The position numbers and the translations under genes were made by a program. 64,000 bases of DNA from assembly GCF_036365525.1 (NCBI RefSeq), contig NC_090376.1, positions 106,199,651 to 106,263,650 of the forward strand, given 5' to 3'. The DNA comes from Heterodontus francisci. Lineage: Eukaryota. Below are positions 15,001 through 26,574 of this stretch, piece after piece. Under the pieces are notes generated by a model. The model was not told where the DNA came from and searched no databases. It saw only the letters and a program-made list of their open reading frames with translations. Within the stretch, counting starts at the first letter, position 1; each line of letters opens with the position of its first letter.

Positions 15001-16775
15001 GATAAGGGCAGGTTGGGGGTAAACGGGGCCACTCTGCATTTGTGTATGGATAAGGGCAGGGTGGGGGGAAACGGGGCCACTCTTTATTTGATTATGGATA
15101 AGGGCAGGGTGGGGGGAAACGGGGCCACTCTGCATTTGTGTGTGGATAAGGACAGGGTGGGGGGAAACGGGGCCACTCTGCATTTGTGTGTGGATAAGGG
15201 CAGGGTGGCGGGAAACGGGGCAACTCTTTATTTGTGTATGGATAAGGGCAGGGTGGGGGGAAACGGGGCCACTCTGCATTTGTGTGTGGATAAGGACAGG
15301 GTGGGGGGAAACGGGGCCACTCTGCATTTGTGTGTGGATAAGGACAGGGTGGGGGGAAACGGGGCCACTCTGCATTTGTGTGTGGATAAGGACAGGGTGG
15401 GGAGAAACGGGGCCACTCTGCATTTGTGTATGGATAAGGGCAGGGTGGGGGAATACGGGGCCACTCTGCATTTGTGTGTGGATAACGGCAGGGTGGGGGG
15501 AAACGGGGCCACTCTGCATTTGTGTGTGGATAAGGACAGGGTGGGGGGAAACGGGGCCACTCTGCATTTGTGTGTGGATAAGGACAGGGTGGGGGGAAAC
15601 GGGGCCACTCTGTAATTGTGTATGGATAACGGCAGGGTGGGGGGAAACGGGCCCACTCTGCATTTGTGTGTGGATAAGGCCAGGGTGGTGCGAAATGGAG
15701 CCACTCTGTAATTGTGTATGGATAACGGCAGGGTGGGGGGAAACGGGGCCACTCTGCATTTGTGTGTGGATAAGGGCAGGGTGGTGCGAAATGGAGCCAC
15801 TCTGTATTTGTGTATGGATAAGGGCAGGGTGGGGGGAAACGGGGCCACTCTGCATTTGTGTCTGGATAAGGGAGTGGTGAGGGGAAACGGGGCCACTGTG
15901 CATTTGTGTGTGGATAAGGACAGGGTGGGGGGAAACGGGGCCACTCTGCATTTGTGTATGGATAAGGGCAGGGTGTGGGGAAACGGGGCCACTCTACATT
16001 TTTGTCGGGATAAGGGCAGGGTGGGGGGAAAGGGTGCCACTCTGCATTTGTATGTGGATAAGGACAGGGTGGGGTGAAACGGGGCCACTCTGTATTTGTG
16101 TGAGGATAAGGGCAGGGTGGGGGGAAGCGGGGCCACTGTGCATTTGTGTGTGGATAAGGACAGGGTGGGGGGAAACGGGACCACTGTGCATTTGTGTATG
16201 GATAAGGGCAGGGTTGGGGTAAACGGGGCCACTCTGCATTTGTGTGTGGATAAGGACAGGGTGGGGGGAAACGGGGCCACTCTGCATTTGTGTGTGGATA
16301 AGGACAGGGTGGGGTGTAACGGGGCCACTCTCCATTTGTGTATGGATAAGGGCGGGGTGGGGGGAAACGGGGCCACTCTGCATTTGTGTATATATAAAGG
16401 AGGGGTGGGGGGAAACGGGGCCACTCTGCATTTGTGTGTGGATAAGGACAGGGTGGGGGGAAACGGGGCCACTCTGCATTTGTGTATGGATAAGGGTGGG
16501 GTTGGGGGCAACGGGGCCACTTTGCATTTGTGTATGGATAAGTGGGGAGGGGAAGGTAGGAGGTCAATTCTGCATTCGTTTCTTGATAAAAGGGGGAAGT
16601 GGTCAACTCTGCATTTGTTTATCAATAAGGGAGGGAAGGGGGCCACTCTGCATTCGTTTATGAATAAGGCGGTGGGGGGTGGGTGTGGGGGAAGCCACTC
16701 TGCATTCGTGTACCATTGGTGGTGGGGCAAGGGGGCAACTCTGCAAATGGATACACTGTTTGTGAGGGGGGGGGC
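1..16775. repeat. 48-bp G-rich tandem minisatellite, ~345 units, continuing off the left edge of the window
   Basis: Consensus GGATAAGGGCAGGGTGGGGGGAAACGGGGCCACTCTGCATTTGTGTAT repeats continuously. Units degenerate over ~16500-16775. Confidence 0.99.
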
Positions 16776-16789
16776 ATAACTGGGTTTGC

Positions 16790-17410
16790 AGGCCAAGGCC
16801 CATCTGTGGAATGTGCCTCTCTATGAGAGTTGCCAACCTCTCCAAGGGTGAAGCCATGTGCTCACATGCCTGGGACATGGCACCATTCATGGCATGGATG
16901 GACTCCTCCACTGTCTGCGTAAGGCTGTACATGGCCTCTGGCATCTCCGCCAGATGTTGCCTTCCCAGAGACTCATCATCAGCCTAGGGCTCAGCATGGG
17001 CCTGGGCACAGACAGTCCTCTGACTGCCAGAGGCCTGGGCTGTCTCAGCCTCATCCAGCTGCTCGGGTGTGTATGTGGGGCTGTTACCACGTCGTGACCG
17101 TGAAACTAATGCCAACTGGATACCCACCAAGGTGAGAGTATCTGCGCTGGTGGAAGGTGCAGGAGTGTCATGGGACGGTGGATTCTCTGGCGTCACCAAT
17201 GCCACCCCCACCATGTGATTAGGAGGGGGATGAAGCTGCGTCATTATGCTAAGTGGCCGCCCGCCGCGTTAGTCACGTGCGGGATAGCCGCCATGTTCTG
17301 CACCCACTGTCACATCCTGTGTCGGGACTACATAATCCAGCCCATCATCCAAGGAGCCTGTTTTTGGTTCCCTGACCTTTCACTCTTGTTGAAATGTGCC
17401 TAGCCTGTAC
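16790..17410 (-). pseudogene. Remnant of the last exon of a Harbinger-type Myb/SANT accessory gene
   Basis: Translation MPEAMYSLTQTVEESIHAM..SPLERLATLIE resembles IPDALCMLAERLQESISSM (55.9 kb) and LPDSLLPLLRNLEESSCNM (61.2 kb). A splice-acceptor-like GTTTCAG sits on the minus strand at ~17411. Confidence 0.6.
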
Positions 17411-17424
17411 CTGAAACAACTCCT

Positions 17425-17793
17425 TCTTAAAGATCACCCATTGTTCTTTTACAGTTTTTCCTGTCAATCTTTGGTGCCATTTTACACTGGCTCGATCCCC
17501 TCTCATACCATTGATGTTCGCCCTCTTCCAATTTAGAAGTCCTACTTAAGTTCCAAGTTCGAGATTGTTCCTTGCTCCTTTCCATTATTAATCGAAACCT
17601 TATGAAACAATGATTGCTCTTACCCATGTGTTCTCCCATAGACACTTGGTACACTTGGCCCATTTGACCCACCTTATTTGCCAGCACCAGAATCAGCACT
17701 GCCTTCTTCCTAGTTGGACCAAAGACATACTGATCAAGGATGTTCTCCTGAACACATTTCAGAAATTCCTCCCCCTCCTTATCCTGTACTCTA
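17425..17793 (-). mobile_element. CR1 LINE ORF2 endonuclease fragment (degraded)
   Basis: Translation LILVLANKVGQM..VSMGEHMGKSNHCFIRFRL resembles the APE C-terminal 'LDLVL..SDH' motif. Confidence 0.8.
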
Positions 17794-19648
17794 TGTTATG
17801 GACAGATGGGAGATGATTGGGCCGGCTCCCCCTTTTCCACCTGTCAACATACTGAGGAGAGTTTTTTTCTTTTTGAAAAAAGTGTTTTAATTCCTGATTA
17901 CTGTAATTGTCAAGAACAGACAAATGATTGGTTTTCTCATAAGTTTTTAAAAAAGAAAGATAAATATTTATTGTGTAACACCCAAAATAAAATACAACTA
18001 CACCTACTCTCACACTCATACAACTCAAACACGCTCAAGAAAAGGTAGAGATTATAAACTAATATGCCTTTAGGTCTTATGACTTTAAGAGTTCTATGTT
18101 ATACTTGCTTTTCCCCGGGGTGAAAACTTGAAACATGGCAGGAATGTAATTTCTTTTCTTCTACACTAAAGAAAAAGTCTTTGAGTTTAGGAGGACAGAA
18201 ACAATGTTGCAAGTTTCTCTTGTTATGTTCCAGTCAAAGTTCCATGGCGAATCCCTGGTACGATTTCTCAGGTGGGGAGTTCAAGACCAACCCCAGTCTC
18301 TGCCTACATGTAGCTGAGAAGCTGGTGGTGTTAGTCAGGGTCCTTTCTGTTCAATGGCACAGATGTTTTTCTCTCTGCCTTTGACTGCCCAGAATATACC
18401 TTGACTAAAACTCCTTATCAGAAATCTAGGGCTGGATTTTGTGCAGGAGGCGGGGCTCCTGGCACCAGGTCAAAAAAGCAGGGTAATCCCCGCCTTTGCA
18501 TTTTTTCAGAACCCCAGAGCGATCATCTGGTCTTTTGTTGTCAAAGATTAAGGAGGCGGGATTCCCGACCCTTTAAAGTCTTAATAGGGATGGGGATCCC
18601 ACTCCCAAGGGCTGCCGGCCAATCAAGGGGTTGGCAGCTCAGCAGTATCAGCAGCATCACCAGGAGCGGTGGTGACTACCGGTACTGCAGAGGCCTTGGA
18701 CCAAGGCCCAGTACTGGAATCCCAGAGAAGAGATAGGTGAGGCGGGGTCACTGGGGCCAGTCCAGAAGGCCTGGCGAGGGGAGTGGGGGGTGGGCATTCA
18801 GTTCAGGAGAGGGGGTCCTGGCAGGTACAGTTGTTCCCAGTGGGGGTCCTCCATGGGCCACAGATTGCCCACAAAGGAGGGCCCCCCCAAAGCCTGCAGG
18901 GAGGGCGCCTCATTTTCCAAGGCATCCTCCTCATGCAGTGGAGGCCTCCCCGTCGCTGGCATGATCCCTGCAGTAGAAGGAGGAGGCCCTCAATAGGCCA
19001 CTTAAGGGCCTCAATTGGCCGCTGGGTGGCAAGGCCGTTGTCAGCATATCCCACCCCCAGGAGAATTGGAACTGGGAATCCCGGCATTGGCTTCTGTGGT
19101 GGGCAATTCTGCTCCAATTCTCTGCCCCCCCGCCACAAAACCTGCCATCGGGATGAGACCAAGATCCGGGCCCTAGATTCTGTCATTTGACCAAAGTTTA
19201 TCTTCCATTGAATTCATAAGTAGTTTCTGATGGTTAGGCCATTGTCAGACAATGGCGTTCAGGTGTCACTCAATCACATACCATCCTGATAAAGTAGAAC
19301 TTTTCACACCCGTTCTCTGGAGTTCAAGTTTGGAATCAAAAGTCTGCAACAGTATTGTTAATCCAGTTGGTTAGAGAGGTGCAGCCATAACCATAGAAAG
19401 GGCTGTTTGCATCTTAATGACTTCTCAAATATCTGGCCATAAAGATCATTTGTATTTTAATGACTTCACCAAGACTTATCCAGACATGAAAATTAGCTCA
19501 GGGTTCTTGCAGTTTCATGTGTATTTACAGGAATGAGAGGTAACTTGACCTCACAACTCCATTTTGTTTTACAGGAAAAGTGTCCATTTCGAGTTTATTT
19601 CATAAGTTCATTTTATGGTTCATAAGTTCTTATTGCATGAGTGTGACA
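17794..19648 (-). mobile_element. Solo LTR-like element carrying a nested MITE
   Basis: Starts TGTTA and ends GTGACA, interrupts CR1 sequence, and has a minus-strand AATAAA at ~17967. Loosely similar to the LTR at 38516. No matching short TSD. Confidence 0.55.
18429..19173. mobile_element. Non-autonomous PIF/Harbinger-like MITE (GGGCTG-type TIR)
   Basis: Ends are GGGCTGGATTTTG and CAAGATCCGGGCCC. Internal motifs GGCCAATCA and GGCCACTTAAGGGCCTC are shared with the 27393 and 28687 copies. Confidence 0.75.
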
Positions 19649-19649
19649 A

Positions 19650-21545
19650 ACACACTGATCAAGAAGATTCTCCTGAACACATTTCAGAAATTCCTCCCCC
19701 TCCTTACCCTTTGCTCTAACATTATCCCAATCAATATTTGGGTGATTAAAGTCCCCCAGTATCACCACTCTATCGTTCTTGTACATATCTGTGATTTCCC
19801 TGCTTCTCGAGCTTTGTCTCACTATTTGGAGGCCTACAGAATACCTCCAGTAGTGTGATCATGCCCTTTTTGCTGCTCAACTCTAACAAAATGGATTCTG
19901 TATTTGCCCCCTCAAAGATCTCCTCCCTTCCTTAATCCATACTGCCACCCCACCTGCCTTTTTTCCTTCCCTATCTTTTCTGAATACTTTGTATCTTTGA
20001 ATAGTAAGCACCCAGTAGTCACCATTTTAAAGCAATGTTTCCATTATTGCTACTACATCATATTCCCACATAGTTATTTGTGCTTGTAGCTCACCGACCT
20101 TATTCACCACATTTTGTGCATACATGCATCGTAAGCCCCGTTTTTGTACTCTTCGTAATCCTTTTTAGTTTGCTCCTATCTAATATGTTACTACTTCCTT
20201 CTCTAGTAATACCCAACACACTCACTATTCTATACACCTTATTTCCCTTTTCTACTTCTATATGCTGATGACCACCCTGCTGCCAATTTAAGTTAAATCC
20301 TCCCCAACCACACTAGTAAATCACCCCGTGAGGACATTGGTCCCAGTCCCTGTTGAGATCCAACCTATCCCTTTTGAATAGGTGCCTCCTGCCCCAGTAC
20401 TGGTCACAAGGTATCAAGAAACTAAAGCCTTCCCTCCTGCACCTTGCCTCAAGCCATGCATTCTATCTTCCTATCTTCCTATTTCTGCTGTCGCTAGTGG
20501 GTGGCACTGGGAATAATCCAAAGATTACTGCCTTTGAGGTCCTACTTCTTAACTTCCTCCCTAGCTCCTGAAACTCTGACTGTAGGACCTTAATACCGGC
20601 TCTCCCTATGTCGTTTATACCAACGTGTCACATAACTTCTGGCTCACTTCCTTCCCCCTGCAGAACATATTGCACGCTCTCTGTGATATTTATTTATTTA
20701 TTTATTTATATTTATTTATTTAGAGATACAGCACTGAAACAGTCCCTTCGGCCCACCGAGTCTGTGCCGACCAAGAACCACCCATTTATACTAACCCTAC
20801 AGTAATCCCATATTCCCTACCACCTACCTACACTGGGAGCAATTTACAATGGCCAATTTACCTATCACCTGCAAGTCTTTGGCTGTGGGAGGAAACCGGA
20901 GCATCCGGCGAAAACCCACGCGGTCACAGGGAGAACTTGCAAACTCCGCACAGGCAGTACCCAGAATTGAACCCGGGTCCCTGGAGCTGTGAGGCTGCGG
21001 TGCTACCCTTTATCCTGACGAGAGGGAGGCAACATCCCATGCAGGACTCATGATGACAGTTACAGAAATGTGTGTCTGTTCCTCTAACTATGGAATCTCC
21101 TACAATGACTGAATTTCTACTCTTTGCTGTTGTCTCCTGTGCAGTCCCTTGCCCATTGTTGCCATGGTCTGGTCTGCACTCTTTCAAGGTATTGTCACTC
21201 CCAGCGGTCTCCAAAGCTGAGTGCCGGTTTGAGAGTGGCACACACCCCAAGACTCCTGCACTCTCTGCCTCTTCCTACTCATGGCCATCCGTCTATTATC
21301 CTGAACTCTCACTTCCTGTGGGGTGACCACCTCCTTGAATATACAAACCAGGAAATTGTCATCCTTCCCGATGCACCCTAGCAACTCCAGCTATCCCTAA
21401 AGCTTGAAAATCCTGAGCTCGAGCTCAAATATCTGGAGACACTTCCGAAACATGTGGTCCCCCAAGACACACAAAGTGCCCTGAAGTTCCCACATGGACA
21501 GGAACTGCAAACAGCAGGCCTCAGCTGCCCATGCATGATCTAAAA
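19650..21545 (-). mobile_element. CR1 LINE 5' part: ORF1 esterase/SGNH-like region plus start of ORF2 endonuclease, degraded and interrupted by a SINE
   Basis: VIVGDSIVRGTD motif in ORF 20924..21250 and VVILGDFNHPNIDW..EGEEFLKCVQEN in ORF 19613..19822. Confidence 0.8.
20689..21005 (-). mobile_element. tRNA-derived V-SINE (HE1-like) with CR1-type 3' tail and (TAAA)n end
   Basis: Minus strand shows B-box GGTTCAATTC, V-domain GGAGTTTGCAAGTTCTCCCTGTGACCGCGTGGGTTT..CCGGTTTCCTCCCACAGCC, a CR1-like tail (GGGCCGAAGGGACTGTTTCAGTGCTGTA), and (TTTA)n at 20689-20722. Confidence 0.9.
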
Positions 21546-22579
21546 AAAATGAGCATCAAAGCTGGCACAAGGGAATCACACTGTTAAATGAATGCAGCAC
21601 CAACAAATTTCTAGGCCATTGAGTTTAATTTATTGTTGCAACTTCATTGTTAATATTATTCGTAAGTACATAATCTCTACAGCAATGTTATCTGGTATGC
21701 TAATGAATGACTTGAACTAAAATGTTTATAACTCCTATAGATTGATCATCACAAAATTATCTCTTGCCTCTGTATTTATGTGCATGGACAATAGAACTTA
21801 ATAAGCAGTATTTTCTCTTCACAAACTTTGCAGATAAAGTAGGATTTAATGAAATTTGATATTGAATGATTTAAGATAATGTTGGATTGACAGTTTTGGG
21901 ATTAAAATAATAAGAAAATGGATTTATTCTGCTGTAAAATCCAACTGTAATGTTATCCATTAGAAGCATACATTTTTGGAATTGTGTTTCATCCTTAGAA
22001 ATTTAATAGACCTAAAAATTACCAGGTAGTATAATTTCATAACCGCTGTTGCTATTTTTCTTCAATATTATTTTCATGTAGATTGGTAAAAGCAAACTTG
22101 TATGTATATAAAAATATTCCAGCACCGGCTGTATATCATTTGTGATGTGAGCTATTTGTTACAATGTAATACACATCATTGGTGAATCAAGACTCATCTG
22201 ACAGCTAGCTATTAGGTCATCTATCACTTGGTTCACTCAAAACTGACAAGTGCTACAATTCAGGCTTTAACAGATATCGTTTGTCGCAGGAGATGTGTCA
22301 GTTTACAGCACCAGCAAGATCTCCTTCAATTTTCTACTGGTCAAGCTACTGCTGAACTCATTAATGAGGCAGGAAAGCTGTGACAGTGTAAAGATGGGCA
22401 TTATTCTTCATGTCACACTCTAAATTGTTTCCTTATTCCTTATCCTTGTGACTTTGGCAAAAATCCAATAAAAACTTAATTAAATCCAATACTTTGGATT
22501 TAATAAAGTTACTCTTCTTACAGGAGCAAGTCCCACAAGTTAGAGGGTTTTCAATTGATATTGGGTCACATTGGGCCAT

Positions 22580-22880
22580 GAGTGGAAAGGGCTATCACCA
22601 GGGGGCATAATTTTAAGGTGATTGGAGGAAGGTTTCGGGGAGATGTCAGAGGTAGGTTCTTTACACAGAGAGTGGTGGGTGCATGGAATGCGCTGCCAGC
22701 GGAGGTAGTAGAAGCAGATACATTAGGGGCATTTAAGCGACTTTTGGATAGGTACATGGATGATAGTAGAATGAAGGGTAGGTAGTTAGTTTGATCTTAG
22801 AGTAGGTTAAAGGTTTGGCACAACATCGTGGGCCGAAGGGCCTGTACTGTGCTGTCCTGTTCTATGTTTTATGTTCTATG
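22580..22880 (+). mobile_element. CR1 LINE 3' end (5'-truncated)
   Basis: TRGHNFKVIGGRFRGDVRGRFFTQRVVGAWNALP motif; 3' UTR GGGCCGAAGGGCCTGT; ATGTTCT-like tail repeats. Confidence 0.92.
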
Positions 22881-22974
22881 AGTGCTAGTTAGAACAAAGA
22901 CAGCAGGAAAGGAAACAATCATTTCATTGTGTGGCACAGTTAATTGGCAACTTAGATATCATGGGAAGATAATG

Positions 22975-23440
22975 GACGGAATCTTCTGCACTTTCAAATA
23001 TTTCAGGTGGCAGGACTATTTCCGGCTCCCAAACCTGCATGGGTCAGAGGTGTGCTGACAAGGGTAATCTTCCAGGAGGTGGCCAATTAAGGGCAGCGGG
23101 TGAGTCTCCAAAGTGGGAAGTCCAATTAGAGATCCTGCAGCACTTGACAGATGGCAGCCCCACTGGGAGAGGTGAGCGCTGTTGAGGCAAATAAGGGAAC
23201 GTGAAAGCGCCGCAAAATGGAGGCGCCCTTGGAAGCCTGCCTAAGATTTGAAAATACGGAAGACCCACAACTCTTAGTGCTATCAGTGTGGAGGGAAAAC
23301 CCCTCCACAAGAATGATTATGGCCCAGGCTCCGCCCTTTGCAATCATGTGGCTTAATAATGGGAGAATCCTCGTGGCATCTGCCACTGCCAGGTGGGAGG
23401 CCGCTGCCAATTAGAGCCCACCTCTGGCAAGATCGCTTGG
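22975..23440. mobile_element. Degraded MITE-like element
   Basis: GC-rich island with a GGCCAATTAAGGG motif like the neighbouring Harbinger MITEs and weak inverted ends (GAATCTT/AAGATC). Confidence 0.4.
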
Positions 23441-24489
23441 AGACAGTAATGCATAGGGAAGTCGACCCAATGTGCGACTTCCGTAATTTGTTCTCGGGCC
23501 TTCCTCCACAGGGCTGTAGATTATGCACAATCTTATTCATAAACAGTATAATTTTTACCTAAAATATTTTTCTGTCCAAGATTGTATAAGTAACAGACAT
23601 ATCTTCCCAGCCTTTGTTGAAGTCTCAAGGAAATCAATGGATACAATAACATTCTTCTGTTATTGTTTAAGAATAGTAAGATGTATGGAAGTAGAAAAAA
23701 GCAGCTCAGCTTATTGAGCCTACTTCTTCCGAGGGATTAGGTACAATAAGCAGCAGCGTGGACTTCCTTCAATTTACTCAGTCTCCTAAGGAAGTAAAAT
23801 AGACAAAGGCAAAACCTCCGAGAAAAAACAGTGTGAAACACCTCCCTGACACACAGCAACCATTGAGCAAAGCCTCCAGGATATCAATCCAACAGTATAA
23901 TATACATTATTATCATTATTTAACCCTGTCTTGTTGTCTTCCGACATTCCCATGCTACCAAGATGATTGGACTTGTAATGCTCTATGGAGCATTTGGTAG
24001 TCGCTGTAGATGTGAACACAGTTTTTCTTATAATTTACAATCATTTTCAGAATCAGACAGCCATACAGATACTTTGAAAGGAATGAATTAACATATAATT
24101 AATTGAATTAGCGTAAGCTCATGGCTGTAAAAATTGTGTATGGTTGTTTTGAAGCAACGCGGACTAGGTAACCTTCTCATGAAATGCTTGCTTAAGTCCG
24201 GTAATGAAACGTTCATTTAAAGGGATGTTTGCTCAGGCATAAGTTCATTCTCTATACATTCTATAGTGTTTGCTTAATTTGCCAGGGGGTATTCCAATTA
24301 AAAAAGGGCTCGACAATACTAATCAGATATATATTGTGTAGGCTATTGGAAATTGGGAACTTGTGGCCCTCCCAGTGTTCCTTTTGGAGTTTGGTTGAAT
24401 AATCCTCTGTAAGGCTCTGTAGCTACAGCGGGACCTCATTAATTCAGACTTTGTTAAAACAAACCTCTCATTATAATGCTTTTTATTGA

Positions 24490-24800
24490 GGACAGTGTGT
24501 CATTGTGAGTTAGCATACTGTCCTTTCACCTCTGGGACCTGGATTTGAATCTACCCAAGGCCAAAGAGATGAAAGTTACCTCTAATTGTTAATAGTAAGA
24601 GCCCTGCATTCAAAGACCTTGGGCAGCCTCAACCCAATTTCTGGTGGATATGGCGCCGTGGCACAAAATACCACATTTTAGGATAAACAGTCTATTAAGA
24701 TGGTTGATGTGGGGCATGGAAATGTTGCATTGTGATAGGGATAAGAGGCGGAATTCAGCAGAACTTTACTCTGCATCTGGCTATCCTGTACCTGATTTAG
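24490..24800 (+). mobile_element. LF-SINE-like tRNA-derived SINE (old)
   Basis: Blocks CCTTTCACCTCTGGGACCTGGATTTGAATC, CTCAACCCAATTTCTGGTGGATA..CACAAAATACCAC, GGGCATGGA and CTGTACCTG are collinear with the LF-SINE consensus as I recall it. Confidence 0.6.
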
Positions 24801-24984
24801 TAATGCTCCATCCCTGCACGAACAAAGAAGATAAATAAAACATCTTTCCAACCATGATGGTGTACAATCCATTCTAGTTAAAAGAAGCTCAAACCTTGAT
24901 GAGAATAACAATATCCTGCCAAGGTAGTGTCCAATGCAGCTTCCTTGTTGAAGTGCTTACCTTTTTCACATTTTTCCTCCATCT

Positions 24985-25300
24985 TTCAGATGAGAATCTA
25001 AACCAAGACCCTGTCCTCTCAGGTGGACATAAAAGACCCCATGGTACTATAAGAAGAAGAAGGTGAGTTTTCCCTGGTGTCCTGACCAATATTGATCCCA
25101 CAAGCAACACTACTAAAAACAGATTATCTGGCCATTTATCTCATTGCTATTGGTGGGAGCTTGCCGTGTGCAAATTGGCTGCTGTGTTTCCACACATTAC
25201 AACAGTGACTATAATTCAAAAATAATTGCCTAGAAAATGCTTTGGGACATTCTGAGGTCATGAATGGTGCTATGTAGATGCAAGCTCTTCCCTCTTTTTC
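24985..25300 (+). mobile_element. Deu-domain SINE (SacSINE1/AmnSINE1-like), lacking its head
   Basis: Motifs AAAGACCCCATGG, GGTGTCCTGACCAATATT, GTGGGAGCTTGCCGTGTGCAAATTGGCTGC and GCTTTGGGACA..GGTGCTAT. Confidence 0.85.
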
Positions 25301-25765
25301 TTTTCATTAAGAAATTGATTTTTTTTAATGGAAGAATTTATGAATAAGCCTAATTTCTAAGTAAATTCTGTAACTTGATTTTTTTCATAAGTCGTAGTGG
25401 CAATGATATGCAGCAATGTAAAAGTTTTGTTATACAATTGTAACAGTTGTAGGAGCAAAAGACTGCAATTGTTCCTGTGTTACTTTGCTAACAGGAAACA
25501 AGCTACTTTGTTGGCCTCAAGAATTTTCAGCAAGATGCTGTATTTGGTGTTTGGCATTAATATTTGGTGCTGAAATGTATTATTTAGTAGGAGATAACAT
25601 ATAGTGGAATGTAACATTTTGGGATATATGAATAATTTGAGACATGACGTGGTCAGTGTAGTATTCTTCGAAGAAAAAGGTGATTTTAAACCATGGCTTC
25701 CAAAGGTCTTCATCACTGAGGTTTGAATACAGTTTTTCTAAAAGAAAATGAAACAAAGAGACGAT

Positions 25766-26567
25766 GGGCTGAATTTTATGAGCACGCTGCAAACTGCAGT
25801 GGTGCGCTCCGATCTCACCAGTCTCCCTGTGTGGATGCGCCGTCACTGAGCCCCCGCGATATTTTGCGCGGGGGCTCATTTAAATAGAGGGGCGGAGTGG
25901 CCCCCCCCCCGATGACATAGAGGGAGTGGTTGCTCCATCCCCAGCAATGGTGTCTGACGCCACCATGCAGGCGCTATTTTTAAAGCCCTCAGAAGAGATT
26001 TGAATTTTTAACGTAATAGGATGGTGAATTGTGTTGAACAAATAAAATGAAAGCTGGAGACCCTTCCCCCCCACCCCCCCCCCACCCAACACCACCCCCC
26101 CCCCGCCACCCCCCCCATCCCGTTTTCTGCTTTGGGGCTTATATCACCAAAAGTAACTTTATTCCCAACCTGAAAATTCCCTCCAATCTCATAACATTTG
26201 CCCTTCAACATCTTCCCACCAACCCACAGCCAGTAAAAAGTGTTTTCCCCGTTTACCCCCTGCCCTGATAATTTCACTCCTTCTCTCTCCCCACTCCGAA
26301 TGGAGTTCCGAAGGCGTGGGAGTTGCAGCCAGAATATCGGAGTGGGACAGCTGCTGGGGCACGGTAAGTTAATTTGCATGTATTAACCTTCATTACCATA
26401 TTGAAATGAAGGCCCCGCTGTAGGGGGCCGCACCAAGGCCTCGCCGTCACCAGTAAAATGCGGCGGGGCCTTCCCGGTGTCAGGGATCATGGCGGGTCTC
26501 TCCCAGAAGAATTTCCCGGGCCCCCTGCCACGATCCCTAACACCAGAGGGCGTGTAAAATTCAGCCT
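25766..26567. mobile_element. PIF/Harbinger-like MITE
   Basis: TIRs GGGCTGAATTTTA and TAAAATTCAGCCT, a 3-bp TSD (GAT) on both sides, and an internal C-rich tract at 26066-26117. Confidence 0.85.
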
Positions 26568-26574
26568 GATTTCA

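Noticed and set aside
1-16550. CRISPR-like regular array
   Set aside because: No unique spacers, no cas genes, and a eukaryotic context.
1-16796. Very long ORFs (up to 1494 aa) with 16-aa Cys-periodic repeats, suggesting a solenoid or structural protein
   Set aside because: The unit is 48 bp (a multiple of 3) and the consensus is stop-free in five of six frames, so long ORFs arise automatically on both strands. Frameshifts in G-runs and in-frame TAA variants (9421, 10525, 13502) are tolerated, and no flanking gene structure is visible.
22290-22340. Possible micro-exon (TTGTCGCAG...GTCAAG)
   Set aside because: Weak donor site, unrecognisable translation and no partner exons.
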